This document shows, in pieces, positions 27,283-38,813 of a stretch of DNA of 64,000 nucleotides (position 1 is its first letter; every line of letters starts with the position of its first letter). The DNA is from a bacterium (lineage in GTDB: Bacteria; Margulisbacteria; Marinamargulisbacteria; GCA-2716485; JAYNIM01). The stretch covers positions 363,365-427,364 of the forward strand of contig JAYNIM010000001.1 in NCBI GenBank assembly GCA_038109055.1, given 5' to 3'. A program made the translations under genes and the position numbers. Below the pieces are notes generated by a model. The model saw only the letters and a list, made by a program, of their open reading frames with translations. It had not been told where the DNA came from and did not search any database.

Positions 27283-28555
27283 TCGATATACTGCTTATAA
27301 TCAATTTTCTATTTTGATTAAGCAATGATATTTCGGTGTTTATCGCCTTTTCTTGATAGGCTTCTCTTAATTTTCTCCATACGTTTCGGCCACTCTTATA
27401 CTGGTCTACATTACACCAGATGATATATGAAACAGTTTTATCAGTGACAATATTTTCTTTATAATAGACCGATAACTCTTCAATACTATCAACTAGCTGA
27501 TCTTTCACTAGTTCTCTTTCTTTTTTATCTTGTATATCTTCTAATTTAACTACAACTTTATAGCGTAATCCTTTTTCTAAATCAGCCTTCCAATAGGTAT
27601 TTATACGATTTAAAATATTATTTATTGCTTCTAACAATGCTTCTTCAATAGAGACATGTTCCTCACCGATTCGTGCTTTACTGTAACCTGTTTCAGCCCC
27701 TAACAATCTTGCGGTACTACTTTCGTAAGCTTTTAATGTTGCGGCTATTTTTTTTGTATTATAGTCGCTTTGTGACTCTGCTATTTCAACCTGTATGTAG
27801 ATATCACAACCGATACTTTGTGCTAACTCATAAGACATATCTTGGGAATGGCCAGACACAGTAAATTGTTTCTGGTTTAATTGTTGTAAAAACTGTTTTT
27901 GTGTAGGTACGATCACGTCATAGCCTTTTGCGCTTAAGCTACTTTCAATGACACTAGCAGCATGATTCTGTTTCTTTCCTTCCGTTATTTGGTTTGTACT
28001 TGTCGTCATGTCTGATCTTGATATGACCATGATCTGTGGGTATCCTATTTTCTCAAAAATAGTTTGTCTTTTTTCAAGAATCGACTCTAACTCTAAATAT
28101 TTTCTTAGTTCTTCGCGATTTATTTTAAGTGTAATACTTACTTTAACGCCCGTCCCTCTCTTCAAGAGCACTTTTTTGTCTGGAATATCTTCTGAGTCAC
28201 TTATCCATCGACTAATTGTTTCATCCCTAAAAAATATTTCTTTGATGCCTGCAAACTTTTCTTTTTCTTCTTCATTGGACAATAATGGATCAGTCCCCGA
28301 ATAGAGCAGATAATAAAATGCAGCTTTCTTTGCGTCATTTATGGCATATGCTACGCCATTCTTTTTAACATCGCGTCTTTTTCTCCACGCCATTTTCTTA
28401 TCTGAGTAAAATAAACCTGAGGCCTGCAATTCAACTTCTGAAACTGAACTTGCATCCGTAATACGTGCTTGTTTTGAAATAGGCAGAGAAGCGTCAATGC
28501 CTTGTAAATAAAAAATTAATACGGTTAGTATTAGTAGAGGCTTTATTTTTAACAT
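27272..28555 (-). CDS. Secreted DUF6175/FlgT-like protein (LPP20-like N-terminus, CsgG-like middle domain)
   Basis: Signal peptide; A.G...A...A...A N-domain, then P.IMV, GYDV, DIYIQV, LKAYE.ST.RLLG.ETG. Confidence 0.55.
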   Translation of the reverse strand: MLKIKPLLILTVLIFYLQGIDASLPISKQARITDASSVSEVELQASGLFYSDKKMAWRKRRDVKKNGVAYAINDAKKAAFYYLLYSGTDPLLSNEEEKEKFAGIKEIFFRDETISRWISDSEDIPDKKVLLKRGTGVKVSITLKINREELRKYLELESILEKRQTIFEKIGYPQIMVISRSDMTTSTNQITEGKKQNHAASVIESSLSAKGYDVIVPTQKQFLQQLNQKQFTVSGHSQDMSYELAQSIGCDIYIQVEIAESQSDYNTKKIAATLKAYESSTARLLGAETGYSKARIGEEHVSIEEALLEAINNILNRINTYWKADLEKGLRYKVVVKLEDIQDKKERELVKDQLVDSIEELSVYYKENIVTDKTVSYIIWCNVDQYKSGRNVWRKLREAYQEKAINTEISLLNQNRKLIISSISNVD

Positions 28556-28631
28556 TTTAATATTCTAGCAAATTTATTTGTTTACTAATAGTTGTTTAAG
28601 GTATTAGATTTATATTATAATTTTATTTAAT

Positions 28632-29912
28632 ATGACAATTAAGATTTCAGTTATTGGGCTTGGATATGTAGGCTTGCCTTTGGCACTTGCACTCTCCCGT
28701 CATTATTCCGTGCTAGGCTTTGATTTAAATGAAGAACGCATTAACTCCTTAAAAAATGCTAAGGATATGTCTGCTGAAATTGATCCACGTGAAATCGAAA
28801 ATAGTTCTCTAGGCTTTACGTGTTCAATTGATGACTTATCTGACAGCAATCTTTATATTATTACGGTTCCGACTCCTATAGATTCGCACAACAATCCTGA
28901 TCTCAGCATGATTCGTTCTGCGACATCGATGGTTGCTACATCTCTTAATAAGGGAGATTGTGTGGTTTATGAATCAACCGTATTCCCTGGTGTTACTGAA
29001 GATATTTGTGCCCCTATTTTAGAAAAAATATCTGGCCTTACCTACAAGAAGGACTTTCATTTAGGTTATTCTCCTGAACGTCTAAGTCCTGGTAAGGGTG
29101 GTAAAACATTAGAAGAAGTTGTTAAAGTTGTCTCAGCATCCTGTTCTGATACACTTTCTATGTTATCGAAAATTTATAAGAGTGTTGTACCAGCTGGTGT
29201 TTATGAAGCTGACTCTATAAAGGTTGCTGAAGCTGCTAAAGTTTTAGAAAATACCCAACGTGATCTTAATATTGCCTTGATGAATGAACTGTCTAAGATC
29301 TGTCATTTAATTGATATTGATACTAAATCTGTTATTGATACAGCTGCATCAAAATGGAATTTTATGAAAGTTTATCCTGGTCTTGTTGGGGGCCATTGTA
29401 TAGGTGTGGACCCCTACTATCTTACCCATTTAGCCTTACAAAAAAATTATGCCCCAGAAGTTATCTTAGCAGGCCGACGCATCAATAATAGCATGGCTAA
29501 ATTTGTTGTTGATCACTGCGTCAAGGCGTTAAGCACGGCTAATAAATCAATCCATTCGTGTCGTGTGTTGGTTTTAGGTCTCTCCTTTAAGGAAAATATC
29601 CAAGACATCCGTAATAGCAAGATTCCCGACCTTATTGATGAGCTTAGTCAGTTTGGTATTACCCCCACCATACATGATCCTTTAGTTTCTGCAAAAGAGG
29701 CTAAGTCGATGTATGATATTAGGCTTAGCCCCTTAGATTTAGATTCCAAATATGATGCTATTATCCTGGCAGTGCCTCATAAAGAACTTGTTTCTCGACC
29801 CTTAAGAAAGTGGTTATCTTTTATTGATGGGAAAAAGATTTTTATTGATATAACTGGATTTTATAAAAAGGATTCAGTTACTTTTTCGTCTTTATATTAT
29901 TGGTCACTTTAA
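28632..29912 (+). CDS. UDP-N-acetylhexosamine 6-dehydrogenase (WbpO/TviB/CapL-like)
   Basis: GLGYVGLP, VPTP, YESTV.PG, SPER, AEAAK..ENTQRD.NIA, PGLVGGHCIGVDPYYL. Confidence 0.92.
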   Translation: MTIKISVIGLGYVGLPLALALSRHYSVLGFDLNEERINSLKNAKDMSAEIDPREIENSSLGFTCSIDDLSDSNLYIITVPTPIDSHNNPDLSMIRSATSMVATSLNKGDCVVYESTVFPGVTEDICAPILEKISGLTYKKDFHLGYSPERLSPGKGGKTLEEVVKVVSASCSDTLSMLSKIYKSVVPAGVYEADSIKVAEAAKVLENTQRDLNIALMNELSKICHLIDIDTKSVIDTAASKWNFMKVYPGLVGGHCIGVDPYYLTHLALQKNYAPEVILAGRRINNSMAKFVVDHCVKALSTANKSIHSCRVLVLGLSFKENIQDIRNSKIPDLIDELSQFGITPTIHDPLVSAKEAKSMYDIRLSPLDLDSKYDAIILAVPHKELVSRPLRKWLSFIDGKKIFIDITGFYKKDSVTFSSLYYWSL

Positions 29913-29916
29913 GTAC

Positions 29917-30564
29917 TTAAGTCACTTTTTCTAAACAGATACTTTTCTGAAACTTTCTTTTTTTATGACTTGCGATTATACAGTATGCTTTTTCTTGAGC
30001 AACATATGTATCTAATAAATTTGTCACACGTTCTTGGTTTTGATCATCTAAATTTTCTAATGGTTCGTCTGCAATAAGTATTTTTGGTTTCTGTATAAGA
30101 GCCCTAATAATTGCTATACGACGTTTTTCACCTCCAGAAAGTAATGTTATAGACGTTTCAAGAGGCATATGTAAATCTAAGGTAACCATGTAATCTATTA
30201 TCTGTTTTTCTAATAGTTGTTTAGGTATGTTTTGAAAAATGGTAGCTAATGATATATTCTCATAAATTGTAAAATCTTGAATAAAATAAGGCTCTTGAAA
30301 AATGAGGCCTATTTTAGTCTGTCTATACCATGATTTCTCCTTTGCAGTTAAAGATAATAGTGGTTCTTGACGGATCAATACCTGCCCTGATGTTGGATTT
30401 AATAATAACCCTAAAATACTTAATAATGTTGTTTTTCCAACGCCTGACTTTCCGGAAACATACAAACTTTCCCCTTCTTCTACTTCAAACGATACATTCC
30501 TTAGGATTTCTTTTTTATGTGTTCCTTTTCCACTACTGTACCTTATGTTAGTTGCTTTTAGCAT
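29917..30564 (-). CDS. lolD: Lipoprotein-release ABC ATPase, LolD-like
   Basis: GKSGVGKTT, LSGGEKRR, ADEP; downstream of a LolC/E-like gene. Confidence 0.7.
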   Translation of the reverse strand: MLKATNIRYSSGKGTHKKEILRNVSFEVEEGESLYVSGKSGVGKTTLLSILGLLLNPTSGQVLIRQEPLLSLTAKEKSWYRQTKIGLIFQEPYFIQDFTIYENISLATIFQNIPKQLLEKQIIDYMVTLDLHMPLETSITLLSGGEKRRIAIIRALIQKPKILIADEPLENLDDQNQERVTNLLDTYVAQEKAYCIIASHKKRKFQKSICLEKVT

Positions 30565-31751
30565 GTGTCATGTTCCTTTAATACTTTGAGTGCTTCAATT
30601 TTTGCTGCTTTTTTTGCAGGCCACTGTACCGCGATTAAATTTAATAAAAATAGCGAAGTTAGTATCGCTAAACTTTCACCCACATTTAGTTGTAAAGGAA
30701 TACCTTGCAAGCCCCAATGTTGAGGGATAATTTCTATATCTAAACAGGCTTCAAGTACATATAATAGTGGATTGAATAGACCTAACAGAATATAGGTTAG
30801 TATAGCAGCAATACTTAAACCAGCTATCGATATACTTGCTCCCATCAGGACAAAGATCTGTTGTATATCTTTTTGACTGAAGCCTAGTGCTTTTAATAAG
30901 CCAATATCTTTGCGTCGTGACAGGCTCAACTCAGATAAGGCTGTAACTAGTAAAGAAAAACATAACAAAATAATAATGCTAGATACCACAATTGCGACTA
31001 TTTTTTGTAACTTTAGGCTGGTAAATAAGGTCTGATGCATGTCTTGCCAATTTACGACCCTATACGTGTTTTTGTAGGTTGTTTTTAATACGTTATTTAT
31101 CGTAGTTACGTCTGATATATTGTGCAGCCATACCAGTATAGATCGGGCAGCTCCAAACTCTTTTTCTGGGTCTTTTACTTGCATAATCATGTCTGTTTCG
31201 GGCATATCCAGCCTACCTATGATAGATAATTCTTGTCTACTTAGCTTGTTCAATCCAGCGCTTATGACTGTTACTTTATTACTCACTTGATCGCTTTTTT
31301 GCAACTTATAACTTATCCATACCCCATGCTTCTCTAGGCTATTACGGGGTTGTTTATATGTTCCTGTTATAATATTTAAATTGCTATAGGCCATCATTTG
31401 CATAGGGGTGGTTTCCTGTTTTTCTTGTAGTAAAACCTCCTTATAATAATAAGCTGACGCCCATTTTATCTCGTCTATTCCACTTATTTTTTGGGCAACC
31501 TGTTCTGGTGTTTCTGCTGTGTTTGTTAAGGGAAACATGTAAAGATGTGGGCTTTTTTCAAGAATTTTTTCCTTGATAAATTGATAAAATCCTTGATACA
31601 TTGCGAGCGCGACTAACAGGCTGGTTGCGACAAGCACCAAGCTCATTAAGGTCACTATAGAGGAAAGCCTAACCTTTGTTTGTTTTCCTTTGATGCCCAA
31701 TAACTTTAGGGCTAATACAGTTAAATTCCACTTTGTTCTAAGTAGATTCAA
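30558..31751 (-). CDS. Lipoprotein-release ABC permease, LolC/E (FtsX family)
   Basis: TM1 + GF...I..KIL...PH, periplasmic domain, W......F.SL, DIG.LKALG, PA.KAA.I. Confidence 0.8.
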   Translation of the reverse strand: MNLLRTKWNLTVLALKLLGIKGKQTKVRLSSIVTLMSLVLVATSLLVALAMYQGFYQFIKEKILEKSPHLYMFPLTNTAETPEQVAQKISGIDEIKWASAYYYKEVLLQEKQETTPMQMMAYSNLNIITGTYKQPRNSLEKHGVWISYKLQKSDQVSNKVTVISAGLNKLSRQELSIIGRLDMPETDMIMQVKDPEKEFGAARSILVWLHNISDVTTINNVLKTTYKNTYRVVNWQDMHQTLFTSLKLQKIVAIVVSSIIILLCFSLLVTALSELSLSRRKDIGLLKALGFSQKDIQQIFVLMGASISIAGLSIAAILTYILLGLFNPLLYVLEACLDIEIIPQHWGLQGIPLQLNVGESLAILTSLFLLNLIAVQWPAKKAAKIEALKVLKEHDTC

Positions 31752-32970
31752 TGGTCTTAAATCGATTATGTATATAGGTTTCTAATATATGAATAAACTC
31801 TTCTTTAATCTTATGACTTTGTTCTAACAACGCAACACGTTTTCCGTCTTGATAAATTGGTATTTTAGGTTCTTCTGCTGTACCTGGAAATGAAATGCCA
31901 ATATCTGCATATTTACTTTCACCAGGACCATTCACAATACAACCCATCACTGCAATATTTAATTTTTCTACGCCTGGATATCTCTGTTTCCAAGTAGGCA
32001 TTGTCTCTTCTATATAATTATTTATATCTTTAGCTAAATGAATAAACCTATCGCTTTTGGTCCGTCCACAACCAGGACAGGAGGTAACTAAGGGCATAAA
32101 ATACCTAAGACCTAATGATTGTAATAAATACCTACAATTTTTTACTTCAAGGTCTCGATTCACGCCAGGTTCTGGCGTTAAGGAGACACGAATTGTATCA
32201 CCGATACCCTGTTGTAGTAATATAGCCAAAGCAGCTGAGCTTGAGACTATCCCTTTTACGCCTCCCCCGGCTTCTGTTAAGCCAAGATGTAGGACGTAAT
32301 CGCAACGCTGGGCTAGCTGTTGATACACCTCTATCATATCTTGAACCTCAGACATTTTAACACTGATCACTATTTTTGTTTTAGGCAAGCCAATTGATTC
32401 TGCTAGCCTTGCACTTTCTAAAGCGCTCTGAACCATGGCTTGATACAATACATTTTTAAAATCTTCTGGATTATTTTTTTTTGCGTTCTCATCCATTTTA
32501 TCTTTTAAGATTTCCTGATCTAAAGAACCTGCGTTCACACCAATACGAACAACTTTGTTATGCTCTATGGCGATTTTTATCATGGTCTCAAAATTTTGAT
32601 CGCGTTTATTCCCTTTACCTACGTTTCCTGGATTAATTCTATACTTGGCTAATTGCTTGGCAGATTCGGGATATTTAGATAGAAGAATATGGCCGTTATA
32701 ATGAAAATCTCCGATAATCGGTGTGTTATACCCTTGTTCGTTTAAAGATGTTGATATTCTTGGAATGGCTTTCATGGCTGCTTCATCATTAACTGTCACT
32801 CTCACTAGTTCAGATCCTGCGTCAACTAACTCTTTTATCTGAGCGACTGTTGCATGAACATCTGCTGTTTCTGTATTTGTCATGGACTGAACAACGATAG
32901 GTGATCCTCCACCCATTCTTACCTTTCCAATCTGAACAGTAGGGGTGTTACGTCGTATAGAGCGTTTCAT
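31738..32970 (-). CDS. ispG: (E)-4-hydroxy-3-methylbut-2-enyl-diphosphate synthase
   Basis: [56 protein letters not shown]. Confidence 0.97.
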   Translation of the reverse strand: MKRSIRRNTPTVQIGKVRMGGGSPIVVQSMTNTETADVHATVAQIKELVDAGSELVRVTVNDEAAMKAIPRISTSLNEQGYNTPIIGDFHYNGHILLSKYPESAKQLAKYRINPGNVGKGNKRDQNFETMIKIAIEHNKVVRIGVNAGSLDQEILKDKMDENAKKNNPEDFKNVLYQAMVQSALESARLAESIGLPKTKIVISVKMSEVQDMIEVYQQLAQRCDYVLHLGLTEAGGGVKGIVSSSAALAILLQQGIGDTIRVSLTPEPGVNRDLEVKNCRYLLQSLGLRYFMPLVTSCPGCGRTKSDRFIHLAKDINNYIEETMPTWKQRYPGVEKLNIAVMGCIVNGPGESKYADIGISFPGTAEEPKIPIYQDGKRVALLEQSHKIKEEFIHILETYIHNRFKTIEST

Positions 32971-34957
32971 TCTGTTTTACTTGAGTCAGCCTGGTGATAA
33001 TCTTTTCTTTAATTGCCTCGACTGTAAAGCCATACATATCACGTAAATCATCCGCATTTGCACTATGCCCAAACTCATCAACACTTATACATAGGCCATC
33101 ACGCCCAATATACTGATGCCATCCTTTACTACTTGCTGCCTCAATAGATACATATAGTTCTATTGTCTTATCAATAATTTTATTTTTGTAAGCCGTAGCT
33201 TGTGCGTCAAAATAGCATTGACAGGGCATTGAAATCACACGTATTTGATACCCCTCTACTTCTAATTCATTTGCAACTTTTAGTGCAAGATCAACTTCTG
33301 TCCCTGTCCCAATGATGGCACAATCTGCCTCTTTAACATCTTTGACAATATAGGCACCTTTCTTAACATCGTGCATGGATGTTTGTTCAAGATCCTTAGC
33401 TGATTGACGGCTTAAAATTAAGGCGGTTGCTTGACTCTTCGTTTTTAAGGCTTCTAACCACGCCCCTTTTACTTCGTTACTATCGGCTGGTCGGATGACG
33501 GCTAGATTTGGAATGGCTCTTAATCCTGCTAACTGCTCCACGGGTTGATGGGTGGGGCCATCTTCTCCAAGCAAAATACTATCGTGAGTAAACTGATATA
33601 TAACGGGTAATTTCATTAATGCTGTTAGACGAATTGCATTTTTCATATAGTCAGAAAACATTAAAAATGTGCCGATGAAAGGCCGATAAATTCCTTGTAG
33701 GGCTAATCCAGCAGCAACATCAGCCATGGCAAATTCTCTTGCACCATACTTAATATTTTTACCATTGAAATTATCTTTATTTACATCTGAGCTATTTTTA
33801 ATTTTAGTTGAGTCTGAACAGGATAGATCTGCCGAACCACCAATGAACTCTGGCAGTAAGTCATGCAGTTTCTGAATGATAGCTTGTGAACTAGCTCTGG
33901 TTGCTATATTTTCTTTGATCTCTAACTTTTCTATTTCTTTTTCAATATTCTTGGGTACGGTATTTTCACATCTAGCTTTTATTTTTTCAGCCTCTTTGGG
34001 ATGACTTTGTTCCCAGACCTTATAGTTTGTTGACCATTCCTCATACGCTTTTTTTTGTTTGATGCTTTGTTTCTTGAAAAATGTTTTTACTTCCTCAGAC
34101 ACCTCAAAGAATTGTTTGGGGTCTAAGCCTATGTTTTTTTTGCAAAGTTCAGCTTCTTTTTTACCCAAGGCTTTGCCATGAACGTCAGCACTTCCTTCTA
34201 CGTTTGGGGCACCTTTTCCTATGATTGTTTTTGCAATAATTAACGTTGGTTTATTGGCTTTTTTTGCTTTTTGATAAGCCTGATCAATTTCCAAAAACTC
34301 ATGCCCATTAATTGTTTCTACCTGCCATCCATATGCTTCAAAACGTTTCTGGGTATTTTCTGACATAGAGTCTGATAAGGGTCCATCTAAGGAAATATCG
34401 TTACTATCATAAAATACAATGATATTATCTAGGGCTAAATGACCTGCTAGTGATGCGGCTTCTGCGCAAACACCTTCCATTATACACCCATCACCTGCTA
34501 ATACGACTATTTTGGAATTAATTAAACTGTTTAAATTAAACTGGACCTTGAGTAATTGATTTGCTAAGGCTAATCCAACTGCTGTTGCAAATCCTTGTCC
34601 AAGTGGACCTGTTGTTGTTTCTACTCCCGCTAGATGTCCATATTCAGGATGCCCGGCTGTTTTAGCGTTTTTTTGTCTAAATTGTCTTAAATCTTCAATA
34701 CTGCAATCAAAGCCAGCAAGATGTAAACAACTGTATAACAACATAGACCCATGACCCGCAGATAAAATAAATTTATCACGATTTAACCACGTTGTTTCAG
34801 TTGGATTAAATTGCAAGGCATGACCGAATAAATAAGCTCCAATTTCTGCACAGCCTAAGGGGAGACCTGGATGCCCGCATCCTGCTTTTTCGATTGCATC
34901 AATGCTTAATCCTCGTATTGTTCTTGCTGCATCTTTTAACGCTTTTATGTTAATCAT
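32948..34957 (-). CDS. tkt: Transketolase
   Basis: [46 protein letters not shown]. Confidence 0.98.
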   Translation of the reverse strand: MINIKALKDAARTIRGLSIDAIEKAGCGHPGLPLGCAEIGAYLFGHALQFNPTETTWLNRDKFILSAGHGSMLLYSCLHLAGFDCSIEDLRQFRQKNAKTAGHPEYGHLAGVETTTGPLGQGFATAVGLALANQLLKVQFNLNSLINSKIVVLAGDGCIMEGVCAEAASLAGHLALDNIIVFYDSNDISLDGPLSDSMSENTQKRFEAYGWQVETINGHEFLEIDQAYQKAKKANKPTLIIAKTIIGKGAPNVEGSADVHGKALGKKEAELCKKNIGLDPKQFFEVSEEVKTFFKKQSIKQKKAYEEWSTNYKVWEQSHPKEAEKIKARCENTVPKNIEKEIEKLEIKENIATRASSQAIIQKLHDLLPEFIGGSADLSCSDSTKIKNSSDVNKDNFNGKNIKYGAREFAMADVAAGLALQGIYRPFIGTFLMFSDYMKNAIRLTALMKLPVIYQFTHDSILLGEDGPTHQPVEQLAGLRAIPNLAVIRPADSNEVKGAWLEALKTKSQATALILSRQSAKDLEQTSMHDVKKGAYIVKDVKEADCAIIGTGTEVDLALKVANELEVEGYQIRVISMPCQCYFDAQATAYKNKIIDKTIELYVSIEAASSKGWHQYIGRDGLCISVDEFGHSANADDLRDMYGFTVEAIKEKIITRLTQVKQNETLYTT

Positions 34958-35096
34958 TCTGTCTTAATAGTAGCGTAGGTTTTGCTATGCTTCAATCAAG
35001 AATCTATGTTTCCGTTGTTTCTTTACTTTTTACGACAATCCTTACTTATATTCTATTGCTATTTCATGCTATCCCTGTATGGTATACTTATCAATT

Positions 35097-36308
35097 ATGA
35101 AGATATCTTTCTTTGGGTTAATACTTCTTTATTTGTCCGTTATTTCCCCACTTATATATTCTTCAGCGAAGAAGGACATACAAGATATTAGCTTTACATC
35201 TTGTATCTGGCACTACGACGAATCATTATGGCAAGATATTTCGGAAGTCGTGACAGAAAAAGTAAAACCTGATGTTTTTATATTCTTAGGAGATACGGTC
35301 TATAACGATATCTCGGAAACAGGTCGATATACGCTGGTTGATTATGCGTATCAGCGTTTGCCTTTTTTTAATTATGAAAAATGGTTTTTCAAAAAGAAAT
35401 TTAGTCATAATCTTTTAACCCAATTTGCACGATTTCAATCTACATACTTTTATCAGACTCTTTCCCATCACATGTTGCAGCGCTCTTCTACATTTACCTT
35501 ACCCCAAAATGATGGCGGTATTCCAGGCATACTTGCGGTATGGGATGACCATGACTATGGCTATAATGATTCTGGTTCTTGGCACCCCGAAAAAATTGAA
35601 GTCAAACATATTTTTGAGTCTATGTTTGGCAAAGCACCTAACACAACTTTGACATCGAATGAGCCAGGTATTTATGGTGCTTATCGCTCTGGCCCTAATA
35701 ACGACTTACAAATCATCCTATTGGATTGTCGTAGTTTTAAAACGCCACACTTTGAAATACGTAAAAATCCCAGTGTGAATGTTCAAATTTTGGGAGAAAA
35801 ACAATGGAACTGGTTACAAGAACGCTTAAGCGAACCTGCAAAAATCCGTATTATTGGCTCTAGCTTCCCTGTTCTACCCGAAAAAATCTTTAAATGGAAA
35901 AACGATCAGTGGAAAGAGCAGAACAAAGAAAGATGGTCAATTTTTGGATCAGAACGCCATCGTTTATTGGAATTACTTAGTCAATCTGATAGTGAAATTA
36001 TCCTTATTTCTGGTGATTGGCATTTTGCTGACCTTTCTCGGATTAACTACAAAGGTAAGATTATTCATGAAGTTACGGCTGGTGGTTGGCATAGTAACAA
36101 AAAAGGATACAAAGGCTATAAAGGTCTTAGAAAGCGCTTTAAACATGAGTATAGTATCCCTTCTATTCAAAAGGATATTCCACCTAGAGCCTGGCAAAAT
36201 TTTGCAAATATTCACATTGATTGGTCCAAACACTTACTTCATTTAGCCATATATAATAAATTAGGCGAAATAGAACCAGGATATGAAGTCCATATTGATT
36301 TTAACTAA
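35097..36308 (+). CDS. phoD: Alkaline phosphatase D family protein, secreted
   Basis: Signal peptide from ATG 35097; FTSC, LGD.VY.D, WDDHDY, LLD.R, LG..QW.WL, ISGD.H. Confidence 0.85.
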   Translation: MKISFFGLILLYLSVISPLIYSSAKKDIQDISFTSCIWHYDESLWQDISEVVTEKVKPDVFIFLGDTVYNDISETGRYTLVDYAYQRLPFFNYEKWFFKKKFSHNLLTQFARFQSTYFYQTLSHHMLQRSSTFTLPQNDGGIPGILAVWDDHDYGYNDSGSWHPEKIEVKHIFESMFGKAPNTTLTSNEPGIYGAYRSGPNNDLQIILLDCRSFKTPHFEIRKNPSVNVQILGEKQWNWLQERLSEPAKIRIIGSSFPVLPEKIFKWKNDQWKEQNKERWSIFGSERHRLLELLSQSDSEIILISGDWHFADLSRINYKGKIIHEVTAGGWHSNKKGYKGYKGLRKRFKHEYSIPSIQKDIPPRAWQNFANIHIDWSKHLLHLAIYNKLGEIEPGYEVHIDFN

Positions 36309-36320
36309 ATATTCTTCACT

Positions 36321-36992
36321 ATGAAAAAGATTTCACTGCTCTTTCTCTTTCCTATTTTCCTACTAGTTATTTATCTTTTTTTTTCATTTAGGTCTTTTTT
36401 ATCCCTGACTTATTTACAAAGTATTCTACATATTTTGCATAATTATGTTGCTATTAACCCTTTATTAAGCCCTTTCATTTTTATCCTTTTCTTTTCTATT
36501 TTAACGAGTCTTGCATTGCCGGTTGGTGCTTTATTCCTTTTACTCTCTGGTTATTTATTCCCAACTTTTCTGGCCTCTTTGTATTCAATGATTTCACTTA
36601 CACTCTCTGGACTTGTTTTATTTATATGTGCACGCTATTTCTTTCGTGATTACTTTTTCACCAAATTTTATCCATTGTATTGTAAAATTAATGATTCATT
36701 ACAAAGTCAAGAAAATGCTGTTTTGTTTATTTTGCGCTGCGTCCCGGTTCTTCCTTTTTTCTTGGTGAGTATTTTTTTGGGTTTAAGTAAGGTGAACTTG
36801 GTCAAATATCTCTTGTTTACCTCTTTTGGAATGTATCCAATTATTTATATTTATTCTATGTTAGGTAAGCGCTTGGTGAGTCTCTCTAGCCTTCAAGACC
36901 TTTTTTCTCCTGAAATTACCATTATTATCTTATGTGTTTTTGCTATTAGTATGCTTGGAATTATGTTTAGATCCCGAACACTACGACGCTAG
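36321..36992 (+). CDS. TVP38/TMEM64 (VTT, DedA superfamily) membrane protein
   Basis: Hydrophobic; LP, F..ARY..R, LR.VP..PF, G..P motifs. Confidence 0.85.
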   Translation: MKKISLLFLFPIFLLVIYLFFSFRSFLSLTYLQSILHILHNYVAINPLLSPFIFILFFSILTSLALPVGALFLLLSGYLFPTFLASLYSMISLTLSGLVLFICARYFFRDYFFTKFYPLYCKINDSLQSQENAVLFILRCVPVLPFFLVSIFLGLSKVNLVKYLLFTSFGMYPIIYIYSMLGKRLVSLSSLQDLFSPEITIIILCVFAISMLGIMFRSRTLRR

Positions 36993-37732
36993 CGTCGGTC
37001 TCTTAACTTAGCCAGTAGTCTTAAAATTTCAATATATAACCAGATTAAGGTTACCATTAAGGCAAAAGCACCTACCCATTCCATTTGTTTTGGTGCAGAT
37101 TGTCTTGCACCTTCTTCAATGAAATCAAAATCCATCACTAAATTTAGCGCGGCTATTGTAACAACAATTAACGAAAACCCTACCCCCAATAATCCGTTAC
37201 CATAGATAACATTCAAATGGAACCCAAACATCGATAGGATAAACGAAACAAAATAAAACATACAGATGCCCCCTGTTGCAGCAGCAATCCCTAATTTAAA
37301 GTTCTCAGTAACTTTAATTAGCCCAGATTTATAGGCACCCAACAAACAAAACAAGGTTCCAAATGTTAAGCCAACTGCTTGGATTACTATTCCTGGATAA
37401 GAGGCCTCAAACATGGATGAGAGTGCGCCTAAAAATAAGCCTTGGCATACTGCATATGCCGGTGCAGTTACATGTGCCCACTGTGTTTTAAAATAGGTCA
37501 TCAAGGCTAAAACTAATCCCCCAATTGCTCCTACTACAATAAAGGGTGTTACTGCTTGAGCACCTGATTCAAAAAATAATCGCCAAGTCCAAGATGCAGC
37601 TCCCAAAACCATCACAAGTAATAAAAAGCATTTATTCACAGTCCCTTGAATGGTCATTTGTTCGGTCTCTACTCTGGTATGAGCTGAAAAAATGTCATTA
37701 CTTAAAATTGGGTTTGATGATCTCATTAACAT
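36989..37732 (-). CDS. Bax inhibitor-1/YccA-like membrane protein
   Basis: SSNP, MT..GT..K, YPGIV.QAV, L..DFD.IE, L.VTL.WLY.EILRLL. Confidence 0.9.
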   Translation of the reverse strand: MLMRSSNPILSNDIFSAHTRVETEQMTIQGTVNKCFLLLVMVLGAASWTWRLFFESGAQAVTPFIVVGAIGGLVLALMTYFKTQWAHVTAPAYAVCQGLFLGALSSMFEASYPGIVIQAVGLTFGTLFCLLGAYKSGLIKVTENFKLGIAAATGGICMFYFVSFILSMFGFHLNVIYGNGLLGVGFSLIVVTIAALNLVMDFDFIEEGARQSAPKQMEWVGAFALMVTLIWLYIEILRLLAKLRDRR

Positions 37733-37782
37733 GATTTATCCACTCCTTTTAACTGGTTTATTTTAATTAGATCTTATTTTTT

Positions 37783-38598
37783 TTACAAGCAACGTTGTGT
37801 CAATACAGGTAAGGACTGTCTTATTTTTTTTAATTCGTTAAAATCTAAACACGCGTATATAATTTCTTCTTTATTTTCTGATGCTTCTGCAAGAATATTT
37901 CCCCAAGGATCGACAACTAAACTGTGACCAAAACTTTCTATTCCCCCCGGACCAATACCTATTTGATTTGGCGCACAGACAAAACACGCATTTTCAATAG
38001 CCCGTGCTCGACATAAGGTGTGCCAATGTGCCTTTCCAGTTGGTTTTGTAAAGCATGAGGGCACAGTTAATAACTCTGCCCCTAAGCGTGCATATAATCG
38101 GTATAATTCTGGAAAGCGCAGATCATAACAAATAGACAACCCGACTTTGTGACCTTTAACGCGGCCTATTGCAGGTTGTTTTCCTGCTAAAAACTCCCTT
38201 CGTTCATCTATCTTTCTCTCTTTGCTTGTGTAGCTAAATAAATGTATTTTTCTGTATATTTGATCAATCTCCCCATGATCATTAATCAGTATAGAGGTAT
38301 TATACCTTTTATTTCTTTCAGCTTTTTCGTATATGCTCCCACAAAGTATCCATGATTTTGATTCTTTTGCTAATTGTAAAAATGGTTGTATTGAAGGGCC
38401 ACAACATGTTTCATTTGGTAATAAAGCCTCTTTTGCTTGACGTCGAAACGTATACACCTCAGGCAATAAAATAAAATCAACTTTTTTTTGACTGGCCACT
38501 TTAACCATTGATATTGCTTTTTCAAGGTTTTTCTTTTGATCTGTTGTTGCAGATAACTGTATGATGGCTACTTTAAGTATGGGGCTATCTGTGTTCAT
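37783..38598 (-). CDS. Carbon-nitrogen hydrolase, Nit1-like (probable deaminated glutathione amidase)
   Basis: E-K-C triad LPE / YRKIHLF / ICYDLRFPE, TG.AHW..L.RARAIEN, GHS..VDPWG. Confidence 0.9.
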   Translation of the reverse strand: MNTDSPILKVAIIQLSATTDQKKNLEKAISMVKVASQKKVDFILLPEVYTFRRQAKEALLPNETCCGPSIQPFLQLAKESKSWILCGSIYEKAERNKRYNTSILINDHGEIDQIYRKIHLFSYTSKERKIDERREFLAGKQPAIGRVKGHKVGLSICYDLRFPELYRLYARLGAELLTVPSCFTKPTGKAHWHTLCRARAIENACFVCAPNQIGIGPGGIESFGHSLVVDPWGNILAEASENKEEIIYACLDFNELKKIRQSLPVLTQRCL

Positions 38599-38735
38599 GT
38601 CTCTGTAGTTAAGGTAGCAAGGATTAGCATTATTTGACTAGTATTGATTAACATTCTCGCCCTTCTTCCCATATTCCCTAAATTTTCACAAAACCCTGGA
38701 ACATCTTTTTGTGTCGAGGTATACTATAATTCAAC

Positions 38736-38808
38736 GCGGGAGTAGCTCAATTGGTAGAGCATCAGCCTTCCAAGCTGAGGGTCGCGGGTTCGAGGCCCGT
38801 CTCCCGCT
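38736..38808 (+). tRNA. tRNA-Gly(TCC); CCA not encoded
   Basis: GCGGGAG/CTCCCGC acceptor stem, TCAGC-CTTCCAA-GCTGA anticodon arm, GTTCGAG T loop. Confidence 0.97.
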
Positions 38809-38813
38809 TTTAA

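Noticed and set aside
17790..38808. tRNA-anchored genomic island or prophage at tRNA-Cys or tRNA-Gly
   Set aside because: No integrase, no duplicated tRNA 3' end seen, and the flanking genes are housekeeping.
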